Positions 39,629 to 48,993 of a stretch of DNA of 60,090 nucleotides are shown one piece after another. The DNA lies in the IMG/VR virus record IMGVR_UViG_3300006921_003877, positions 1 through 60,090 of that record, one strand, 5' to 3'. The DNA comes from a virus. Taxonomy: Duplodnaviria; Caudoviricetes. Numbering within the stretch: the first letter of the stretch is position 1; each line of letters opens with the position of its first letter. Under the pieces are notes generated by a model. That model searched no databases. It was not told the origin of the DNA and saw only the letters and a list, made by a program, of their open reading frames with translations. The translations under genes and the position numbers were made by a program.

Positions 39629-40609
39629 TTATTTGAATTTACCTTCTACTTCTATTTCCCACCCTTTTCCTTGGGAATCCACGAAGTCATGAAAATCTTT
39701 TAATTTGTATTCACCGAACTCTTCAAAAGGAATATCCTTACTGGAGGCACTTGAGTTGGTGTCGATGCGAGCAACTTTACCTAAAGGACTTAACCAAATT
39801 AAATAAATTTTTGAGGTGTTACCCCACCCTCCAGGTTTTGTTAACCTAATTTTATTAAACATTTTTTTGAATTTCTCAAACATTTCATCTGGAAATCTCC
39901 TATTTCTTTTTGTTCCCCCTCCTACAAAATGTTCCCTTAAAAACGCCTCTTCTAAAGGGCTATTTTTTTTGAATTTCGATTTCAACTTTTCAAGTATATT
40001 AGCAAATGCCTCACCAACAGTTATAGTTCCTAAATAAGCTAACATTCTTGTGACTATGTCCTCCACTTGATCAATACTACCTCCCATATTCAACATAATT
40101 TCGGACAAGGTTGTAATAACTGGTACAATAAAGGCAAACCCCATAATTTTCGATAATCCTCTTACTGTCATACCAGCAGTACGAAGTATATTCTCCATTA
40201 AACTTTCAAAACTACTTACAAATGATAAAACCTTATTAAACGCCTTGGAAAGTCCTTCATCTTTAAGGGTTTTTACAAGATTAACTATTTCCGTCTTATT
40301 ACCAAAGACAATTACCCCTACGGCCGCAATTGTAAGTGCCACTATCTGGATTTCATTTAAGTTAGGAAATTCCCCCGCTATTAATTCTGAAGTAGGACCC
40401 ACAAGTGCGGTAATACCCGCACCATAAGTAAACATAAAAGTTAAATCCATACCAAACTGATCACCTACTTTTTTTATTAGGTTTTTATCGGTGTATGGGT
40501 CACTTTTCATAAACTCGTGTAGATATTCCTCATGAAGAGACTTCAAAAGTTTTTCATTCTGTCCATTTAATAGTCTAAGTTGTTCCTCTGTTATTATAAT
40601 TTTACTCAT
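39629..40609 (-). CDS. Protein with several hydrophobic helices and putative capsid-targeting N-terminus
   Basis: Starts MSKIIITEEQLRLL; central hydrophobic helices. Confidence 0.55.
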   Translation of the reverse strand: MSKIIITEEQLRLLNGQNEKLLKSLHEEYLHEFMKSDPYTDKNLIKKVGDQFGMDLTFMFTYGAGITALVGPTSELIAGEFPNLNEIQIVALTIAAVGVIVFGNKTEIVNLVKTLKDEGLSKAFNKVLSFVSSFESLMENILRTAGMTVRGLSKIMGFAFIVPVITTLSEIMLNMGGSIDQVEDIVTRMLAYLGTITVGEAFANILEKLKSKFKKNSPLEEAFLREHFVGGGTKRNRRFPDEMFEKFKKMFNKIRLTKPGGWGNTSKIYLIWLSPLGKVARIDTNSSASSKDIPFEEFGEYKLKDFHDFVDSQGKGWEIEVEGKFK

Positions 40610-43600
40610 TACACATCGATTAATTCAATTTTATCCCCTATCTTTATATTATAATTATCCACACCACCACTAACAAGTTCTAAAGCTTGGTTTCCATTTA
40701 CATTACCATAATTTTCACATTGTTGTTCTTCACAAGGTTGTACATCTTTATCATAGTCAACCACTTCCCCATCTACCATATAAATTATATCTAACGGTAA
40801 AAAAGTATTTTTCATCCACATTGATATCGGTACTATGTCGTCCCATAAAAATAACATTCCTCGATTGTTCGGGTAAGAAGTTTTATACATCATACCTTTA
40901 TTTTTTAGGAATGCTGTGTCCGCAACATCTAACTGTATTTCTTTCCCGTTTACTATTGCTCTAGGGTCATTATACGGTTTTTCAAATCTTTCATTTAATT
41001 TATTCCTATCTTTAGGGAAACGATAAATGTCTGCGTCAGGAAGTAACGCCATAGGTGTTAAACTTTCAGGTCCCATAATCCAGTTTACTAAAATTTTATA
41101 AGCGAAATCTCCAGGCTTACCCTCAAATCCCATTACAACTCCTTTTGTTTTAACTGGGATACTATAAGGGTCATCCATGTAGAGTAGTTCAATAACGTCA
41201 CCTTCTACCACATCTGGATTAAGATCTGGATTATCCTCTACATTATCCATTCCTTGGTGTTCATTCATTTTAACAGGTATGTTAAACGGTCCCTTATCTA
41301 GTCTTGGTTTAAGTATAGTTTTTTTAACTTTTTTTGAACCTTGTGGTATTGATGTTTCGCCTTCTTCTGGTGAAATATCGGATAAGTGAACATTACCCCT
41401 GTGTTGGTGAATAATATCAAAACCATCGTCCTTATATAAATCTGTGTTACCTATATTATCACTCCCGTCTAGGGTGAAGAATCCTCCTTGTTCTCCTGTA
41501 TGTTTTTTCTGGTCGTCTCCAACACCTTCTGTTATTTTAGGTATCTCTACTCTCCTCTCCAGTTCTCCAGCATCTTGGATGTTTGAATCGTATGCCTCAT
41601 AATCTCCCCAATCATAAGTTTCCAAGTCACCACCCCAATCATGAAATTCAGTATGACCTTTTTCTTCGGCATCCTCATTATCAAATGCAAGTACTTCTGC
41701 ACTACCGGACTTGTACTCAACCTGTGACCCTGTCTCATCCATATCCACGTTATAATATTTAATCATATTTCTTTCGGGGTCTTCCATAGTGTAGTCTCCT
41801 TCTTCGTTCCAATTATCTAAAGCGTATTTTGCGTATTGAGTTGATACTGCGGCTTGTTCTATTGACCTAGTCGGTATCCCAAACATTTTCATAAGTTTGG
41901 ACCATTTTTTACTTATGTCTCCATATTGTGGTGTTTCAGTTGTTAACTTTTCAAGTTCGTCTTTAGTGAAATTTTTATGTATGTGTTTTATTATTAAAAG
42001 TTCTCCTTTATCAAATTCTCTATTAGTAAAAAATCCATAGTCTTCATTAATCGTTCTATCTTCGGTTGGTTTCAAGTCCTCTACCTCGATACCCCTTTTT
42101 GGTTGTAAAGGTGGCTCCAATAAAAACTTTTGGTTTAGGTAATCCCTTAATAAATTCTCAACAAACCAATCTGGAACTGGTTCATTATCTGGTCGTGTTG
42201 CCGCAACATCTGCAACATATCTAGCAAACTTTAATTTATACTTATCCTTAATCATCTGAAGTAGTCCGTCAGATACAAAAAATACTTTTCCTAATGGGTC
42301 ATCCCCTAAAGCAACGTCTGGTATATAATCACCCTCTGCTATGTCCATGGCTTTAAGTACTACCTTACCCCACCATGATTTATAACCTCTGGTGTCTTTA
42401 AGTGCTGGTGTAACCATTTTATTAATTGCTCTAGTTGCGGTAACACCAACGGCTGCTAATAATATTTGTGGTATAAAAAATGGTATGATTCTCCACAGTG
42501 TCTTGAAAGCACCTCGTCCCATGTCTGCAGCAATTCTTTTTTTAGTTGCCGTTTCAACTAAAGCCTTAAGTTGTCCAAAGGTTATTGGTCCTTGTTCTTG
42601 ACAGAAACCTTCCACTGTACAGATATTATCTGTAACTTCTTTAGAAGGGGCAACAAAACCTTTAGCTGGATCCGTTTCACCACCAGTATAAACATATTCA
42701 TCTTCTTCTTTCTCTTCAGGTTCGTTTAGTTTCATTAACTCTTCCCATTCTTCATCACTTCCTTCAAATTCCTCAGGTTCGATAGGATCCATTAAACCTT
42801 GTCCAAAAATATCAGTTTCCTCATCAATTTGCTCCTTTTCTTCATATGGAGTTACATCAAATTCATATTGTAACTCATGTAATCTATCATTAAGTGATTC
42901 ATTAATATCATAATTAGGATAATAGTAGTTACTAAAAAACTTTGAGTCGGGTTCTAGTAAATCTCCTCTTTTACCATAATCATAATCTTCGAAGGTAAAT
43001 TCTTCTAATATAAGTGAGGAGAATATCGCCATAGGTAGGTTATCTTCTATTGAATTGTCCGATAACCAATCTTCTAAAGTTGTTCCTCTATAGTCTGGAT
43101 GAAATTCATATACATCTATATTGTCCCACATATCGTCTTCCAACCAATTTAATAAATTATCTTTAATCGTCCAACTGTATCTACCATTGTCATCTTTTTC
43201 TAATTTACCGTGATTCTGAAAATGTTCTGCTAATTTATCTATAACATCATCAGCCATATCTTTTTTGGTTGCCCATTCTGCCTCGTCATTATGGGACCAC
43301 ATTATACGAGACCTGATTTCACTAATTATTTCTTCTTTTTCTTCCGCTAATATATCTTCCTCCTCTGTTTGTGATCTTAAATTAATTAAGTTTTCTGCAA
43401 CATCTTTATCCTTAACACCTAGAATGTGCGTTATTAGTTTCCAATTTTTATCGTCCAAATCATCAGACATACCATCATACCAATCAGTGTCATACCAATT
43501 ATCATAGTCTTGCCATTCATAATCACCACATAAAAATTCTTTAATATAATCTACACTATAATCTCTAGAGTCTTTAATAAACATATTCGCTAGATCATCA

Positions 43601-45249
43601 CAATCAAAACTATAGGAAACTGGAATCGGTTTCATTGTATTTTTAAGATATCTTTTTACCAACATCACTCTAACTGTCGCATTGTGTGTTGGTATTCCCA
43701 GTAATTTCAAATCATCAAAATTTATACCAGTTTTATCCCATTTTTTGAATAAGAACGTAACCGCTTGGTCTGATACTTCTTCTTTAACCCAGTCTACTGT
43801 CTCTTGGTCACCCCCTGCAATAATTTCTCCGTTTTCTTGTTCAAAATCTTCATACCCAACAGGAAATTCAAATTCTCCAATTGGTGTTGGTAAATCTAAT
43901 TCCATTTGTTCTTGTTCATTTAATTCAATTGTTTGTCCGGTATCTATACCACCCGTTGTTTCTCCCAAATCAACTAGGGCCAATTTTCCATTTTTCATTC
44001 CTAAATTATCAATACCAATATCACTCCAACTAATACCATGTTGTGTCAATTCTTGTCTAATCATTAATAGATTTTTGTGTAATTTTTCACATTCTTCTTT
44101 TCCATTAACAGGGGGGTTAATAATCGCTGGGGTTTCGTTGTATTCAATATAAATTGGTTTATTAACTCCACAACAACAATTTTCAAATGTTTCAGCCATT
44201 CGTTTTGGTAATCCTAATTCTTCCATAATAATGATATATCCCTCACCATTAACAATGTGTGATGAATCTAATTTCCCACTCTCGAAAACATCGGCTATAT
44301 ATTTATTTTGTTTTCCTTTAAGGGTGTTAGCTGTTTCGTATTCACTCTTATCTCCTGTTAGTTTAATAACATTTCCTTTTGACGTGAAATAAGCGGTACC
44401 ATTTCCTCCTAACATTTCATCTACTACTTTTCCATAACCTTTCTGTTTAGCTAATTTATCCACTAACACTCTAGGTTCAACGTCAAATTGTAATTCCTTA
44501 TAACCACCCACATAAAAATCTCTATCATTATAAGGGTCAAATTCTAAAGAATCTAATACGTCTTTTCTTTGTTCGGGATTATTACGGTATTGTTGGTCGA
44601 TGGCGTATTTTATTTCTGTATCGATTTCTTCTCTAATAAGATCAACATCACCATATGTTCTATAAAAACTTAATAAAACCGCTAAAAGATTTTCTGAATT
44701 ACTACCACCTATACTCCAGTAATCAATTTCATCCGGTTCCAACTCATATTGCTTATAATCATAAATAAATGTAGGACCGACTTTCATTTCTCCCATATCG
44801 TCAAAGATTATGGACCATTCCATTTTAGTTTTACCACCACTATCTCCAAAATCAAACTGACCATAAGTTGACAGTCCAAACACCCCCTCAATCTCTATCA
44901 TTTGAACACCGTCAAGTTCTCCGACTCTGTGGGTCCCAGCACCTCCTTGGTCTTGTACTTTATATCCTGGAGCAACAACTGGATTAATATCTCCATTTGT
45001 TAATTCCTCACCACTTTTGTTTTGATTTAGATACATCATATAACCATAGTAAAAACCCATTCCTGTTTTACCATAGAGTTTTAACATATTATCAAGTTTT
45101 TCCCACCAAGATTCACTTATGAAAGTCATGTTCTCAGCATAGGTGCTGTCATATAAATTAAAAGCCTCAATCAATATCTTTTTATCGATATCTTCTACAG
45201 GGAACGTATGCGGTCCAACACTGACATTTTCTTTATTGTGATTTCTCAT
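40609..45249 (-). CDS. 1546 aa multidomain (poly)protein: kinase-like, DUF4314-like and DUF192 modules
   Basis: GGNGTAY..VIKLT...DIGIDNLG...LVDLG; IELLYMDDPY; VADT...KGMMYK...GMLF...WMKNTFLPLDIIY. Confidence 0.7.
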   Translation of the reverse strand: MRNHNKENVSVGPHTFPVEDIDKKILIEAFNLYDSTYAENMTFISESWWEKLDNMLKLYGKTGMGFYYGYMMYLNQNKSGEELTNGDINPVVAPGYKVQDQGGAGTHRVGELDGVQMIEIEGVFGLSTYGQFDFGDSGGKTKMEWSIIFDDMGEMKVGPTFIYDYKQYELEPDEIDYWSIGGSNSENLLAVLLSFYRTYGDVDLIREEIDTEIKYAIDQQYRNNPEQRKDVLDSLEFDPYNDRDFYVGGYKELQFDVEPRVLVDKLAKQKGYGKVVDEMLGGNGTAYFTSKGNVIKLTGDKSEYETANTLKGKQNKYIADVFESGKLDSSHIVNGEGYIIIMEELGLPKRMAETFENCCCGVNKPIYIEYNETPAIINPPVNGKEECEKLHKNLLMIRQELTQHGISWSDIGIDNLGMKNGKLALVDLGETTGGIDTGQTIELNEQEQMELDLPTPIGEFEFPVGYEDFEQENGEIIAGGDQETVDWVKEEVSDQAVTFLFKKWDKTGINFDDLKLLGIPTHNATVRVMLVKRYLKNTMKPIPVSYSFDCDDLANMFIKDSRDYSVDYIKEFLCGDYEWQDYDNWYDTDWYDGMSDDLDDKNWKLITHILGVKDKDVAENLINLRSQTEEEDILAEEKEEIISEIRSRIMWSHNDEAEWATKKDMADDVIDKLAEHFQNHGKLEKDDNGRYSWTIKDNLLNWLEDDMWDNIDVYEFHPDYRGTTLEDWLSDNSIEDNLPMAIFSSLILEEFTFEDYDYGKRGDLLEPDSKFFSNYYYPNYDINESLNDRLHELQYEFDVTPYEEKEQIDEETDIFGQGLMDPIEPEEFEGSDEEWEELMKLNEPEEKEEDEYVYTGGETDPAKGFVAPSKEVTDNICTVEGFCQEQGPITFGQLKALVETATKKRIAADMGRGAFKTLWRIIPFFIPQILLAAVGVTATRAINKMVTPALKDTRGYKSWWGKVVLKAMDIAEGDYIPDVALGDDPLGKVFFVSDGLLQMIKDKYKLKFARYVADVAATRPDNEPVPDWFVENLLRDYLNQKFLLEPPLQPKRGIEVEDLKPTEDRTINEDYGFFTNREFDKGELLIIKHIHKNFTKDELEKLTTETPQYGDISKKWSKLMKMFGIPTRSIEQAAVSTQYAKYALDNWNEEGDYTMEDPERNMIKYYNVDMDETGSQVEYKSGSAEVLAFDNEDAEEKGHTEFHDWGGDLETYDWGDYEAYDSNIQDAGELERRVEIPKITEGVGDDQKKHTGEQGGFFTLDGSDNIGNTDLYKDDGFDIIHQHRGNVHLSDISPEEGETSIPQGSKKVKKTILKPRLDKGPFNIPVKMNEHQGMDNVEDNPDLNPDVVEGDVIELLYMDDPYSIPVKTKGVVMGFEGKPGDFAYKILVNWIMGPESLTPMALLPDADIYRFPKDRNKLNERFEKPYNDPRAIVNGKEIQLDVADTAFLKNKGMMYKTSYPNNRGMLFLWDDIVPISMWMKNTFLPLDIIYMVDGEVVDYDKDVQPCEEQQCENYGNVNGNQALELVSGGVDNYNIKIGDKIELIDV

Positions 45250-45280
45250 ATTATATAAATACTAAAAGAACGCAATAAAA

Positions 45281-45301
45281 AAACCCCAATTAATGGGGTT
45301 T
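45281..45301 (-). terminator. Intrinsic terminator
   Basis: aaacccca-attaa-tggggttt with a U tract on the minus strand. Confidence 0.75.
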
Positions 45302-45327
45302 GATTATTTTTGTATTTTTTTCATAAT

Positions 45328-46194
45328 TTACCAAGGCCAATCTCCATATCCTCCTGGTCCCCATCTTCTCCAAGCTAAAGCAACTCCGATTCCTAAAAGC
45401 CACCATACTATCATCGCCACGGGTCCATCATCGTCATCACCACCATTATCTTCAACTGCTTTCATACCGACACTGTTAACCTCCTCAATTGAGGGTAGGT
45501 CTCTTTTCCACTCGTCATCAGCTCTATTGTACATGTCAGTGTAATTAGATATTAATTCCTTTACTGTACGAGGTTTACCTAAAACATCAATTATCATTTG
45601 TTTATCATCTCCTTCATAATCACGACCTTTGTGAGTTTTAGAAATATCACCTTTGTGTCCAGTATAATCTTCTTCACCAGGTCTAGTACGAGACCTATCA
45701 CCTTTATTCATACCGTAGTGACTATCTTCATCCATTCTATTTTTAAGTCTTCTAAATAGTTTTCTTCCTTCTTCTAATGGTGGGGCTTCTTTAGAAGGTT
45801 TGTTACTTTCCATGTCAGTAGCCATATCGTTACTCATTCTTAAAAGATCCTTCATATGTCTCTTTAATTGTTGTGCGATAACTTCTGGACTTTTATTATT
45901 AAGATTTATTTCTCTAGCTAGTGAAACAACAGCATCTAGTACCATTTCGATTTCGTTAAATTCTGATGGCGAAACATCAGCAACTTTTGTTTTAACGTTC
46001 GTGTAGTAATCCTTAAAGAATTGTTTTAATTTTGACCAACTTTCATTTTGGTCTAAGGTTGACATAATGTCAACTCCCTCTTCGTCAACCTGCTCTGGCA
46101 TAAATCCGTACCCAAAACCTGCTCTTTGTTCTTTGACTATCTTACTTATCATATTAATTAAGTTAGATTCCGTCATTCTTATTTTATTACCCAT
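45328..46194 (-). CDS. Hypothetical protein with putative capsid-targeting N-terminus and C-terminal TM helix
   Basis: Starts MGNKIRMTESNLINMISKIVKE/Q; C-terminal VAMIVWWLLGIGVALAW. Confidence 0.55.
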   Translation of the reverse strand: MGNKIRMTESNLINMISKIVKEQRAGFGYGFMPEQVDEEGVDIMSTLDQNESWSKLKQFFKDYYTNVKTKVADVSPSEFNEIEMVLDAVVSLAREINLNNKSPEVIAQQLKRHMKDLLRMSNDMATDMESNKPSKEAPPLEEGRKLFRRLKNRMDEDSHYGMNKGDRSRTRPGEEDYTGHKGDISKTHKGRDYEGDDKQMIIDVLGKPRTVKELISNYTDMYNRADDEWKRDLPSIEEVNSVGMKAVEDNGGDDDDGPVAMIVWWLLGIGVALAWRRWGPGGYGDWPW

Positions 46195-46224
46195 TTTGTT
46201 TTTTCTTTTTTATTCGTATATTTG
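46195..46224 (+). promoter_or_regulatory. Bacteroidota-type promoter (candidate) for 46259..46513
   Basis: TTTG-N18-TATATTTG. Confidence 0.4.
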
Positions 46225-46258
46225 TTTTTATAACGATTATAATAATAAATATAATAAA

Positions 46259-46513
46259 ATGCCAAAAAGTAGACATAGAAAAACTCAGAAACAACGATCA
46301 AAAAATAGAACTAATAATATAAAAGCTCTAATTAAGAAACAAGAACAACAACAAAGAGAACAATTAATGAAATTAATGGAAGATGCTCAAAAACAAAGGG
46401 ACGCCAATTCAACCGTTCCCTCTATTGATACTGGGGAACAAATTGCTCAACCAGTGACCCAACAAACTTCCACACCTGAAGGTAAAGTATATGGGGTTTC
46501 TCCACTTGATTAG
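46259..46513 (+). CDS. Small protein with basic N-terminus
   Basis: ATG at 46259 (MPKSRHRK...), followed by a terminator. Confidence 0.55.
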   Translation: MPKSRHRKTQKQRSKNRTNNIKALIKKQEQQQREQLMKLMEDAQKQRDANSTVPSIDTGEQIAQPVTQQTSTPEGKVYGVSPLD

Positions 46514-46521
46514 AGAAAATT

Positions 46522-46550
46522 AAAAAAGGGACCTAAGTCCCTTTTTTTTT
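46522..46550. terminator. Bidirectional intrinsic terminator
   Basis: aaaaaagggac-ctaa-gtcccttttttttt. Confidence 0.85.
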
Positions 46551-47106
46551 AATCTTTTTTCTTTTTATTTCTAATCTTTTTCCTAGTCTTCTGATTTGCT
46601 CGTTTAACTCCTTTTGTACTTTTAGTCTTAACAGGACCTTTATTAAACTTTCCTTTACCAAAACGAGACGATCCTTTCGACCCCAACCCAGGTATATTCC
46701 CCATTGGGAGTACGTAATCCCCCTTCAGTGATTTACCGGAAGGTTTTGTCGTTTTAGTGATTTGTGTTTTAGTCTTTGCCTTAGGTGATGGTTTTGGCGC
46801 TGGTGGTTTTGGCGCTGGTGGTTTTGGCGCTGGTGGTTTTGGTTTTGGCTTTGGCTTCAAACCTGGTTTTGGTGCTGGTGCTTTGTTATGTTCACTCCAA
46901 TGTGCGAAATCTTTTTGGTAACCTGGATCTTTTGAACCACCCTTATACGTTTTTTCATCCGGAGCTTTAGAACCTGGACCAAACGGCTCGGCTTTACCGT
47001 GTTTATCGTGTTCACCCATTATAGGTTTTTGGTATAGAGAACCATTCATACCCATGAGTTGTCTCATACGAGCCAATTCTTCTCTTAAAATATCGTTATT
47101 TTTCAT
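46549..47106 (-). CDS. Lys/Pro-rich basic protein (possible DNA-condensing internal protein)
   Basis: N-terminal ILREELARMRQLMG; PKPPA repeats; very basic. Confidence 0.6.
   Translation of the reverse strand: MKNNDILREELARMRQLMGMNGSLYQKPIMGEHDKHGKAEPFGPGSKAPDEKTYKGGSKDPGYQKDFAHWSEHNKAPAPKPGLKPKPKPKPPAPKPPAPKPPAPKPSPKAKTKTQITKTTKPSGKSLKGDYVLPMGNIPGLGSKGSSRFGKGKFNKGPVKTKSTKGVKRANQKTRKKIRNKKKKD
46789..46842. repeat. 15-bp tandem repeat (3.6 copies) encoding PKPPA
   Basis: tggttttggcgctgg x3 followed by tggttttgg. Confidence 0.9.
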
Positions 47107-47578
47107 TTGTTAAAAATTCTTTTTCTAATAAATACTTTTTATTTGAGCGAAAACTTTCCGCTTCAAGTAGTTTAGTTGAAATTTCTTTTATTGTTTCCTC
47201 GATGTTTGAGTCTCCGGTAAACATGTGGTCATCGCCACTCCATTTAACATGTCCTACTTTGGGTTTATGTTCGTCAGCCACTTCAAAGTCTTTTCCGTAA
47301 GTTAGATGGTTATCACCTGTATGTTTAGTTTTCTTAAATTTATCCCCTTCCTTATTGTAAGTGTGAAGAGGTCTTTCATTAGTACCCTCATCATTAAAAT
47401 TCTGTGAGTAAAAGTCAGGAATTACATTACTTTGTTGTTTGTTTGAATGTTTAGAATGTTGAGTGTAACTATCGGGTTTCCCGTCCTCGTTCGAATCAAA
47501 ATCCAATTTAACTTTAATAGGTTGTGGTTTACGCTTTTTAGCTTCGACAAGTCTTTGTAAAAATTCTCTCTTCTTCAT
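47096..47578 (-). CDS. Hydrophilic hypothetical protein
   Basis: Starts MKKREFLQRLVE; TATTTAT motif 4 nt upstream. Confidence 0.55.
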   Translation of the reverse strand: MKKREFLQRLVEAKKRKPQPIKVKLDFDSNEDGKPDSYTQHSKHSNKQQSNVIPDFYSQNFNDEGTNERPLHTYNKEGDKFKKTKHTGDNHLTYGKDFEVADEHKPKVGHVKWSGDDHMFTGDSNIEETIKEISTKLLEAESFRSNKKYLLEKEFLTNEK

Positions 47579-47597
47579 ATTAATAAATATAATGGAA

Positions 47598-47786
47598 CTA
47601 ACAATCCTTCTTCTCCTTCTTAAACCACCAATCGATTATATTTTGAAAAGAGCTTAGAAACCCACCTACTAAAATAAAAAGAAGGTCACGAGTAGTGCCT
47701 TCCACCTCTTCAAAAAATATAAGATAAATTAACCACGCAAACATTAATAATACACCAAAGGTAATTAACATTCTTGCCGTAGTCAT
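47598..47786 (-). CDS. Two-TM small membrane protein (holin-like)
   Basis: Two hydrophobic helices and a basic tail. Confidence 0.55.
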   Translation of the reverse strand: MTTARMLITFGVLLMFAWLIYLIFFEEVEGTTRDLLFILVGGFLSSFQNIIDWWFKKEKKDC

Positions 47787-47788
47787 AA

Positions 47789-47965
47789 TTACTTTGTTTT
47801 ACAACAAGTTTTATCTCCTTTACAAGCCGCACAATTACATAACCATTCTTTCCATACAATCCAACCGATTAATAAAGCTTGTGCCATTAAATGGTCTCCA
47901 CTTATAACTTCACAAGTATACCCTAACAATAACAAGTGACCTGCGTATTTTTTAATTAAATTCAT
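47789..47965 (-). CDS. Small membrane protein with Cys-rich tail (not in ORF track)
   Basis: Hand translation MNLIKKYAGHLLLLGYTCEVISGDHLMAQALLIGWIVWKEWLCNCAACKGDKTCCKTK (58 aa) fills the operon gap. Confidence 0.6.
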   Translation of the reverse strand: MNLIKKYAGHLLLLGYTCEVISGDHLMAQALLIGWIVWKEWLCNCAACKGDKTCCKTK

Positions 47966-47993
47966 TTTTATTTTTTTTTTCTTTTTTATTTTA

Positions 47994-48344
47994 TTAAAAA
48001 CCTTCCATGATTATCTCATCGATTTTACCTTGGACATCACTTTTTTTGGCCTCCATTTGCATCATAATGTTAGCTTGGAATCTTTCGACTTCCTCTTCTC
48101 CATTATATATCACTATTGTAGGTACTACAACTATCTTATATTTCGATGCCGCTGCCGCATCTACCTGTATATCTATAAATTTAGTATTACAATCAGTTAA
48201 TTTATTTAACCATGGTACTTTATTAGCCTCATTAAATCCAGCATTAAATTGTACAACACATAAATCGTCTCCTTCACAAGGTGACTGGGCGTTTATCGAA
48301 CCCGAAAATAACATTAGTAATAACAAAATATAAACTTTTTCCAT
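47994..48344 (-). CDS. Secreted thioredoxin-fold protein without CxxC
   Basis: Signal peptide ending INA/Q; VVQFNAGFN...KYKIVVVPTIVIYNGEEEVERF matches the Trx fold with the cis-Pro VPT motif. Confidence 0.7.
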   Translation of the reverse strand: MEKVYILLLLMLFSGSINAQSPCEGDDLCVVQFNAGFNEANKVPWLNKLTDCNTKFIDIQVDAAAASKYKIVVVPTIVIYNGEEEVERFQANIMMQMEAKKSDVQGKIDEIIMEGF

Positions 48345-48349
48345 AATTA

Positions 48350-48697
48350 TTAATTTCTTAATTTATCTATTTTACCCCCTTTTACATATCTAATACTATC
48401 CCAACTACCATCTTCATAATCTAACCTCTCCAATATATATGTTATTTCTTTTTTAATTGTATCCAAATCACTTTGTGTTTGTTGTATTATATTAAACATA
48501 CTATCTTGGTATGCGATATCCTCTTTTGTTGGTATCCACATCTCTTCCCCATCATTATCTTCCACAACTTTTATTACTTTAGGGTCTTCTATGTTATTTA
48601 TAACACCTGCAAATAATATTGTACTACACAAGACTATTCCTATCACAATTAGTGAGAGACGTGAGCTTAAACATATTTTTCCATTCCAGAATTTCAT
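48350..48697 (-). CDS. Single-TM protein with coiled coil
   Basis: LSLIVIGIVLCSTILFAGVI followed by heptads. Confidence 0.55.
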   Translation of the reverse strand: MKFWNGKICLSSRLSLIVIGIVLCSTILFAGVINNIEDPKVIKVVEDNDGEEMWIPTKEDIAYQDSMFNIIQQTQSDLDTIKKEITYILERLDYEDGSWDSIRYVKGGKIDKLRN

Positions 48698-48701
48698 AAC
48701 A

Positions 48702-48983
48702 TTATCTACCGTAAAGTTTATCTTCTATCTTTTCTAAAGTTTTTTTAATTTCTTCTACGTCTTTTTGAGTATCCATAATTGTTTGACGTACTAATTGATC
48801 TTTCATATCAAATTCCATCCTTGTAATAGCTGGTGGTGGGGGTACTGGTAACTCCTTTGCTTCTTGAATATCCGCCTGTAATATAAACCACATACTAATA
48901 ACTGTTGCCATCCCGGCACCAATACCTAATAGTGTTTTTATACTTACCGTAAAACCGGTGTCCTCATTTAATTCTTTTGCCAT
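48702..48983 (-). CDS. Single-TM protein with Pro linker and C-terminal coiled coil
   Basis: LLGIGAGMATVISMWFIL, LPVPPPP and DVEEIKKTLEKIEDKL segments. Confidence 0.6.
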   Translation of the reverse strand: MAKELNEDTGFTVSIKTLLGIGAGMATVISMWFILQADIQEAKELPVPPPPAITRMEFDMKDQLVRQTIMDTQKDVEEIKKTLEKIEDKLYGR

Positions 48984-48993
48984 ATTACCTTAC

